Origin: Nitrospirota bacterium
Lineage (GTDB): Bacteria; Nitrospirota; UBA9217
DNA length: 64,000 nt
NCBI GenBank assembly: GCA_963754875.1
Contig: CAVWHO010000016.1
Coordinates: 416,001-480,000, forward strand
Direction: 5' to 3'
In this document: positions 58,101 to 64,000 of the stretch, piece after piece
How positions within the stretch are numbered: the stretch's first letter is position 1
How the letters are laid out: the number at the start of each line of letters is the position of its first letter
Position numbers and translations under genes: made by a program
The notes under the pieces: model-generated
Database searches by the model: none
Told to the model about the DNA's origin: nothing
Seen by the model: only the letters and a program-made list of their open reading frames with translations

Positions 58101-59090
58101 CTGTGTGGTCATAACGGTTTGTTGATTGGGGATAACATAGTTGAAGTTGATGACGCCGGTTCCGTGGGTCTGCATGGTGACTCTGCCTGATGGATCATAG
58201 GTGTTTATATAAGCGCCGCTCCCTTCGTCTATGCTGGTTATAAGATGGTTTCTGGACGGGTCGGTGTATCCGTACGCTGAGCTCGTGGTCGGTCCTGTGG
58301 CAGACTTGAGGTTCCCGAAGCTGTCGTGATCGTAAGAAACTGTCCGTCCGGTGCTGTCCGAGAGGCCCGTCAATCTTCCTGTCGAGGTGTCGTATTGCAG
58401 GTCCACGGCCGCCCCTGTGTGATTGCCCGAGGCATCTCGTTCCTCGATCCTGCTTAAATGGTAGTCGTAAGCCACGATGACTGGGTTGGCTTGGTCAAGG
58501 TTTGCCGGCAGGATGCCCCACAGAAAATCCCTCGATCCCGACCGGTAGGAGAAAACGAGAGAGTTCCCTTTCGTGTCAACCATGCTGGCAAGCCTTCCCT
58601 GGGGGTCATAGGTTTCCATCTGTCCGTACTTATCGATGTAAGTGAAGCTGCCATCAGCGTTCGGAATAAGGCTGCCGCTGTCTCCTGTCTGTCCGACATA
58701 GCCGGGGCCGCTCCAAGTGAACCGCGATTTTGCACCGCAGTCCCTGCGAACTGTAACCGAGTTGTCAGGATAGGTGTACAGGCGTTTATCGTAATTTATG
58801 GCCCAGCCGTAACCCAAGGGGCTATCATACGTCGTTTTACTGTTGTAGCTTCTCGTGATCCGGATGGGATAAAGATTCCCAAGGGAGAGGTCCGTGCTCG
58901 GAGCAAAGGTCTCCATGCCTGAGAACAGGCTTACCGGTTTGCCGCCGAAAGCCGGGTTGTTGCTGGCCGTCTTGCCCGGTTGGCAGAAGAGGTCCGGCGG
59001 GCTGTCTTTTTCGTCGTAGTCTGCGTAGGCCACGGTGGAAAACAGAAGCATAAGCAGAACAACGCTCAGTTTACAGGTTCTGTGAAACAT
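55158..59090 (-). CDS. Rhs/YD-repeat polymorphic toxin: signal peptide, DUF6531, RHS core, phospholipase A2 C-terminal domain
   Basis: GGAGG SD; LFSTVAYA signal; KPV.LFSG..RSYNS..LGYGW; YD repeats; HTDHLATP, LPGQY.D.ETGL, NPVN..DPKGL; then GNWCGPG..D..CKKHDKCY..CDADL. Confidence 0.9.
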   Translation of the reverse strand: MFHRTCKLSVVLLMLLFSTVAYADYDEKDSPPDLFCQPGKTASNNPAFGGKPVSLFSGMETFAPSTDLSLGNLYPIRITRSYNSKTTYDSPLGYGWAINYDKRLYTYPDNSVTVRRDCGAKSRFTWSGPGYVGQTGDSGSLIPNADGSFTYIDKYGQMETYDPQGRLASMVDTKGNSLVFSYRSGSRDFLWGILPANLDQANPVIVAYDYHLSRIEERDASGNHTGAAVDLQYDTSTGRLTGLSDSTGRTVSYDHDSFGNLKSATGPTTSSAYGYTDPSRNHLITSIDEGSGAYINTYDPSGRVTMQTHGTGVINFNYVIPNQQTVMTTQIKDATGNLLNTQTRTVNFDTSGMLISSTDTFGNVTNYTRNSSTWVTREEHWENVMSGGTTTLVLRNAINYTYDSTGNVLTKTEAQGTAIQKTTTYIYDPAYNLVTTETVSSVVTPNQRRIKTNTYDETNGNLLFTTETGLRGDGTPYSYTTTYTYNANGKIATIDGPRTDVNDVTTYYYDPMTGNLTGVSQPLSGTTSYSNFDNLGNPQTVTDPNGNATNYTYDSTGRVLTVKAPDDTNPTQYFYIAGGCLSCGSPNKIDHITLPEGNTIWYTYDTLGNPATITDSQSNSINYTYDSGGNKLTEQIKDASGTLQKTLSYQYDALNRLSKIINPDTNYTQFDYDAQGNRISLQSPNMTLTTYTYDALNRLSSVIQPGSITTGYGYDTNNNLTSVEDANTNTTTYKYDDKGRVYQVISPDTGTTTYSYDPAGNMTSKTDAKGVTISYSYDAANRLTQIAFSDTTQNIGYVYDTCVNGKGRLCSIADASGITSYEYTPKGQVRKETKVIDSNPYVTQYTYDQNGNLKTMTYPSGRVIMYNMSSDKVISVLNNASNLATNITYKPFGGMSSLTYGNGLSGSISYDNQYRITGITAGAVMNLSYDQYDPNANIQHITNALDPTKNKTFAYDALDRLTGATGSWGSLNWTYDGVGNRLTENSNNYAYASNTNKLTSANGISFGFDNDGNTTTQGARQYIYNQNQRLIQVNDGGSTAYYTYNGNGQRVKKNVNGTATVFHYSQSGQIIAESNSAGTINVEYVYLNGQPLAMVANGNTYYYHTDHLATPQKMTDFSGSVVWSADYKPYGETTITVSTIINNLRLPGQYFDAETGLNQNWWRDYNAVIGKYIEFDPLLTQFYLMKKIYLKNISSYLNKQYGYPDMNGADNVWIGMDLFDYNYTADNPVNRKDPKGLNWHGNWCGPGGSGPTTDCYDSACKKHDKCYEDCGVDWLSRWNPTRTTTCEWKCDADLVKRWEKCACSHATGNW

Positions 59091-59160
59091 CGATACCTCC
59101 CACTGATTGAAAAAAATAAAACTGGAACAGGTACTACCCGTCCTTTTTTCTACAACCACG

Positions 59161-59619
59161 CTAGTTTAAGGGACAGCAAGCGCCGCCTTGGCATGAGCTC
59201 CACTGTTTATTCGTGCAGGTTTGGCTGCCCGGGCAGCCGTCTACCATCGTGCATGCCTGTGTTTGGCCTTCATTTGTGCAGCAGTTCTGTATTCCGCAGC
59301 AGGAGTCTGAGCTACCGCAGCACGAATTGTCCGAATCGGGCACCCATTCGTATACCTCATCTTGTAAAGAGTACTTGCAATAGTAACCCCAATTTGCACC
59401 CTGCCTGCATCTACGTATTTTTTTCATATCATCTATATAATACCAGTCACCGCAATAACATTCGACCAAATCGCAAGATGCACCATGGGGATTATTATCA
59501 GTGGCGCACGGTGCATCGGTGAGGGTCCAACCGCAAGCAAATGCAGTGATCCCCGAAAGAGCGATTGACAGTACAATCAGAATCTGCAAAGCTATTCTTT
59601 GAAACCAGTTTGATCCCAT
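59161..59619 (-). CDS. secreted cysteine-rich protein
   Basis: Signal peptide ending TAFA; 19 Cys in the ~124-aa mature part. Confidence 0.75.
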   Translation of the reverse strand: MGSNWFQRIALQILIVLSIALSGITAFACGWTLTDAPCATDNNPHGASCDLVECYCGDWYYIDDMKKIRRCRQGANWGYYCKYSLQDEVYEWVPDSDNSCCGSSDSCCGIQNCCTNEGQTQACTMVDGCPGSQTCTNKQWSSCQGGACCPLN

Positions 59620-59672
59620 ATTCCCCCCTGAAAATCATCTCTGTTCGTAGCTGGCCAACTTCCCTCTTGCCT

Positions 59673-62600
59673 CTAAAATCCCAATTGCAAATTTGCGTAT
59701 CCTGAGGAATTCGAACCGGTCGTTGGACTTGCAGCGGTAATCTTAACCATATAGCTTCCTTCTGCAGACAAAATCACCTTTTTCCCGGATGTATCAGTGG
59801 AGTCTATACCGTTCCAATCGAATTCCTGGTCTCCTGCGCTCTGTGGCTGGCTGTTTACGAGCGTTATTGTTCCCCCGGTGCGCGGAATGAGCGCTATGGT
59901 CACGTTGGCGTCTCGAGAAAGATGGTATTTTATTTTTGTAAACTCGCCGTACGAGAATTGCATCTCGTTCGGGTCCGTTTTTACCTGACTGATTTTTGGA
60001 GTGTCTCCGCTTGTGATGATATAATTTTCCGGTAAAGGATGCGGACTACATTGAGCGAATATGTCCAAGTGCACAGATGTTCCGGTTATAAGCATGTCTG
60101 GCTGTACCAGCTGTTTCCCACTCCGATCTCTGCCGTCCCAGTCGAGGTAGTAATTTACCCCTGGAATAACTGGCACGCTATCTGCTATCTTATAACCCCA
60201 TGCAGGGAGAATGGGGGGAACATGTGACCACGCCGAAGAAGGTACGGAACACCAAATCGTGCAAATAGACGCCGTTGAATTACTAAAATTGATTGTCGCG
60301 GGTATGTTCCTCGAAGGGTCAATGTCGCGCGAATACGAAACGCTGGGCGTCCCGCTGGCGCCCGAGGCTGCCGGGCTATAAATTCCTGTCGTAATGCCAT
60401 CGACCGTAGCTTCAAGGGTGTAGAGATACGCGTTGTCCGGAACGGTCCGTCCAGTGTTGTCCTTTCCGTTCCACGTAAACAGATACGCTCCGGCAGCAGA
60501 ACAGTTCTGAGATGCCTGATATATCTGTGTGCCCGTCGTCTGCAAGATGATCTTCAGGGTCACCAAAGCCGGGTTGTCGATAATGAAAAAGATTGATACG
60601 GTGTTCGGCGCCGAGAGGTCGAGTGAATTGCTGTTTACGGCGACATTAGATACGTTGATTTTGTCCTGATTGATAGTTGCGTTGACCACAGCGCTATTGC
60701 CTGCCGCGTCGAATGCCGTTGCCGTTATAATGTTCGAACCCCATGCCAGATTCGTTACGGTGCAGCTCCACGTTGTCAATGTCGGATAGGTGACTAGACC
60801 AGCAACGGCAGTCGTATTGACCGATACTGTCACCGTGGCGCCAGACTCAATGTTCCCGGTGATAGTCTGGGTGGCTGTAATCGTAGGCGACGTGACCGGG
60901 TTGATGCTAATTGTGGGAGGCACGGTATCGACGGTGAAGACAGTTTCTGTGAATGCAACTGTCCCTGAGGTGTTTATTACTTCGACCCTCAACGTATGAG
61001 TGCCGTCGGATAGGATGTCTAGATTACTTCCCGAAACTTTGGATACGATGTTCCCATCAACCTTGACTGCAGTGGCAGTGCCATTTACAACCGTATAGTT
61101 CAAGAACGGAGTGTTATTATTGGTCATGCCGATTGGCGATATGATCTGTACATACGGAACTATGGCAGCATAAAGGTTAATTATCTCCTGAGTGCCTAAA
61201 GCGCGGTTATAAATAGAAACTTCATCGATGAGACCATGATACGGGCCATAATTTATTACATTTCCAAAAACGGTGGAAGGATACACATTGGGACGCTGAC
61301 TTATCAGACCCTGTCTCACAAACTGGCCGTTAACGTAGAGATTCGGTTGCTTATTCTGATAAACAACAACAATATGGTTCCAACCCATTATTGGAGCATT
61401 ATATACAAGAAGTGATGGTAGGTAATTATTCCCATGCTCAAAGACGCTGATCCCGTTCGTTCCTACTGATACTCCGGCTCCGCCATTAGAGCCGCTTGGC
61501 ATCGGTGCAATGGCATATTGCTGACCGCTAGTCCCTGAACCATCAGAATTACTCTCGGCAGTAACGGCCCGTGTTCCTGCGGGGTTTGCCCAAAATGCAA
61601 TCGTAAAAGTGTTCGGTGCGCTAACAATAGATCCGGTGCCAGCCATCACGTAATCATCCACGCCGTCAAAGCTGCTGGCTTGGGTGCCCACCCGTGCATT
61701 CGCGCTGAACGTTACGCCGTTGTAACCTGTTCCGTTGTTGCCAGTTCCTGAATAGTCAAGCCAATTCCCGTCCATGTGCCAGAGGCCCAAAAGGCTGGGA
61801 TCAAGCTGATTTGCCGGAAGAACGTTAACCGTAATCGTCGCCGGGTCGCTTAGCCTGCCCGAGGAATCTTGAGTCATAATGCTCAAAGTGTTTGATCCTG
61901 GCACCATGGTATAAGTTTGTGTCCAGGATGTGAAGTCATCTGGGAAGACAATCTCTACTCCGTTTACCCAGACCGATGTGCCGGCTGGTTTTGTGCCTGA
62001 CAGTGTAACGACGTCATCATACGTTGTTGTCAGAACCGGCTGGACAATTGGTGCGCCAGGGGGCGTTCCGCCAATACCGGCATTATAAATATGTCGAATT
62101 TCATCGGCTGATATCGCCCGATTATATATCCCCACGTCATCGATGAGACCGTGATAAGGCCCATAATTTACTACATTTCCAAAAACGGTGGAAGGATACA
62201 CATTGGGACGCTGACTTATCAGACCCTGCCTCACAAACTGGCCGTTTACGTAGAGATTCGGTTGCTTATTTTGATAAACAATAACAATATGGTTCCAACC
62301 CGCCAATGGAGCATTGTATACGAGAAGCGATGGTAAGTAAGAGCTTCCATGCTCAAAGACGCTGATCCCGTTTGTCCCTACTGATACCCCGGCACCGCCA
62401 TTGGAGCCGCTGTACATCGGAGCAATGGCATATTGCTGACCGCCCATCCCTGTAATCCCAGAATTGCTTTCGTCAGTAACGGTCCGTGTTCCGGCGGGGT
62501 TTGCCCAAAAAGCAATCGTAAAAGTGTTAGGTGTGCTAACAATAGATCCGGTGCCAGCCATCACATAATCATCCACGCCGTCAAAACTGCCGGCTTGGGG

Positions 62601-64000
62601 TCCCACCCGCGCATTATTACTAAACGTCACGCCGTTGTAACCTGTTCCGTTGTTGCCATTTCCTGATGCGTCCGTCCAGTCCCCGTTCATGTGCCAAAGA
62701 CCAACACGTCCGATTCCACCATTGTATGCTTTGTTTATCTGGTCAACTGTGATAGCTCGGTTATAAACAATAACTTCATCGATAAGACCGTTAAAATATC
62801 CTCCTCCCCCTAAAAATGCCCCGATTGAAAAGCTGCCATTTACTGTACCCGGCGGTGAAGTCGTACCCGAGTTTTCTTGCACGCCGTCAACATAAATTCG
62901 CACTGTATTCGTGCTCGTACCTTCGTATACTCCGACAACGTAATGCCACTGACTGTCGGAGAGGATAGATGTTCCGCTAATGCTACCGCTGTCAGTGCCG
63001 ATCGCCGCTCTGTTCGTACTATCAATAAATAACTGGAAGTTCGAAGCTGAACCCGTGCCGTACTGGAGAATGGATCTGTTCTGTGTTCCATTTCCTGTTT
63101 TGATCCAGGCAGAGACAGCCCGCGGAGAGTTGCCTAGAGGAAGGCTATAAGCAGTTCCATTTACAGACGCACTAACCCCGTCAAAGCTGCCGGCATTGGT
63201 GCCCACACGGGCATCTGCGCTGAATACGGCACTGGTTGCCGTTCCATTATTGCCGTTGCCGGTAGCGTCCTTCCAGTCACCGTCCATATGCCAGAGTGCA
63301 ACGGAAAGGCCAGCGTTGTAAGATCTGTTTATTTCATCAGTTGTCAGAGCGCGGTTATATACAGCCACCTCGTCGATTAGGCCGTGATAAGGCCCATAAT
63401 TCACTACATTTCCAAAAACGGTGGAAGGATACACATTGGGACGCTGACTTATCAGTCCCTGCCTCACAAACTGGCCGTTTACGTAGAGATTCGGTTGCTT
63501 ATTCTGATAAACAACAACAATATGGTTCCAACCCGTTATTGGAGCATTATATACAAGAAGTGATGGCAAATAAGAATTCCCATGCTCAAAAACGCTGATA
63601 CCGTTCGTTCCTACTGATACTCCGGCTCCGCTATTGGCGCCGCTCGGCATAGGGCCAATGGCATATTGCTGACCGCCTATCCCTGAAATCCCAGAATTGC
63701 TTTCAGCAGTAACGGTCCGTGTTCCCGCGGGGTTTGCCCAAAATGCAATCGTAAAAGTATTCGGTGCACTAATAATAGATCCGGTGCCAGCCATCACATA
63801 ATCATCCACGCCGTCAAAACTGCCGGCTTGGCTGCCCACTTGCGCATTGGTGCTGAACGTCACGCCGTTGTAACCTGTTCCGTTATTGCCAGTTCCTGAT
63901 GCGTCCGTCCAGCCCCCGTCCATATGCCAAAGGCCAACACGGCCAATTCCGCCATTGTATGCTTTGTTTATCTGGTCAGCTGTAATAGCTCGGTTGTAAA
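59673..64000 (-). CDS. giant LamG/concanavalin-like repeat protein with Ig-like and FlgD-Ig domains (5' end beyond the window)
   Basis: Repeated GLWHMDG.W.D.SG.GN..FDGVDDY..W.H.V..Y.NG..GLIDEV.YNRAL; FTWNGKDNTG..VPD, WDGRD.SG, WNG.D; frame open to the window edge. Confidence 0.88.
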   Translation of the reverse strand, partial: YNRAITADQINKAYNGGIGRVGLWHMDGGWTDASGTGNNGTGYNGVTFSTNAQVGSQAGSFDGVDDYVMAGTGSIISAPNTFTIAFWANPAGTRTVTAESNSGISGIGGQQYAIGPMPSGANSGAGVSVGTNGISVFEHGNSYLPSLLVYNAPITGWNHIVVVYQNKQPNLYVNGQFVRQGLISQRPNVYPSTVFGNVVNYGPYHGLIDEVAVYNRALTTDEINRSYNAGLSVALWHMDGDWKDATGNGNNGTATSAVFSADARVGTNAGSFDGVSASVNGTAYSLPLGNSPRAVSAWIKTGNGTQNRSILQYGTGSASNFQLFIDSTNRAAIGTDSGSISGTSILSDSQWHYVVGVYEGTSTNTVRIYVDGVQENSGTTSPPGTVNGSFSIGAFLGGGGYFNGLIDEVIVYNRAITVDQINKAYNGGIGRVGLWHMNGDWTDASGNGNNGTGYNGVTFSNNARVGPQAGSFDGVDDYVMAGTGSIVSTPNTFTIAFWANPAGTRTVTDESNSGITGMGGQQYAIAPMYSGSNGGAGVSVGTNGISVFEHGSSYLPSLLVYNAPLAGWNHIVIVYQNKQPNLYVNGQFVRQGLISQRPNVYPSTVFGNVVNYGPYHGLIDDVGIYNRAISADEIRHIYNAGIGGTPPGAPIVQPVLTTTYDDVVTLSGTKPAGTSVWVNGVEIVFPDDFTSWTQTYTMVPGSNTLSIMTQDSSGRLSDPATITVNVLPANQLDPSLLGLWHMDGNWLDYSGTGNNGTGYNGVTFSANARVGTQASSFDGVDDYVMAGTGSIVSAPNTFTIAFWANPAGTRAVTAESNSDGSGTSGQQYAIAPMPSGSNGGAGVSVGTNGISVFEHGNNYLPSLLVYNAPIMGWNHIVVVYQNKQPNLYVNGQFVRQGLISQRPNVYPSTVFGNVINYGPYHGLIDEVSIYNRALGTQEIINLYAAIVPYVQIISPIGMTNNNTPFLNYTVVNGTATAVKVDGNIVSKVSGSNLDILSDGTHTLRVEVINTSGTVAFTETVFTVDTVPPTISINPVTSPTITATQTITGNIESGATVTVSVNTTAVAGLVTYPTLTTWSCTVTNLAWGSNIITATAFDAAGNSAVVNATINQDKINVSNVAVNSNSLDLSAPNTVSIFFIIDNPALVTLKIILQTTGTQIYQASQNCSAAGAYLFTWNGKDNTGRTVPDNAYLYTLEATVDGITTGIYSPAASGASGTPSVSYSRDIDPSRNIPATINFSNSTASICTIWCSVPSSAWSHVPPILPAWGYKIADSVPVIPGVNYYLDWDGRDRSGKQLVQPDMLITGTSVHLDIFAQCSPHPLPENYIITSGDTPKISQVKTDPNEMQFSYGEFTKIKYHLSRDANVTIALIPRTGGTITLVNSQPQSAGDQEFDWNGIDSTDTSGKKVILSAEGSYMVKITAASPTTGSNSSGYANLQLGF

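Overview
Bacterial chromosomal window. The gene repertoire (AhbD-type radical SAM, glutaredoxin/FTR pair, sigma-54 promoter) suggests an anaerobic Nitrospirota- or Desulfobacterota-like organism; this is inference only. A GC-rich housekeeping backbone (uup, arfB, rsmE, greB, sppA, ahbD, nagA, c-di-GMP enzymes, transporters) is interrupted by three accessory blocks. (1) About 9.5-14.9 kb: a repeat-rich lipoprotein with an attenuator-like leader, a higBA module flanked by a 16-bp direct repeat, and an intact IS110/IS1111-type element with sub-terminal inverted repeats and a ~270-nt 3' non-coding region (bridge/seekRNA candidate). (2) About 28.6-33.7 kb: an integrase-less integron cassette array (CALIN) with three clear attC hairpins and a duplicated 134-bp REP-containing non-coding unit. 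(3) About 49.1 kb to the window end: a probable ssrA-targeting genomic island carrying a DUF4258 pair, a RelE-like/UvrD/ankyrin fusion (defence candidate), a degenerate IS3, and a Sec-exported polymorphic toxin locus (giant LamG/FlgD protein, 19-Cys secreted protein, Rhs with a phospholipase A2 tip, membrane immunity candidate). Several single-base frameshifts may be sequencing or assembly errors. No rRNA, complete tRNA, CRISPR array or integron integrase was recognised. All family assignments are by eye from motifs; no searches were run.
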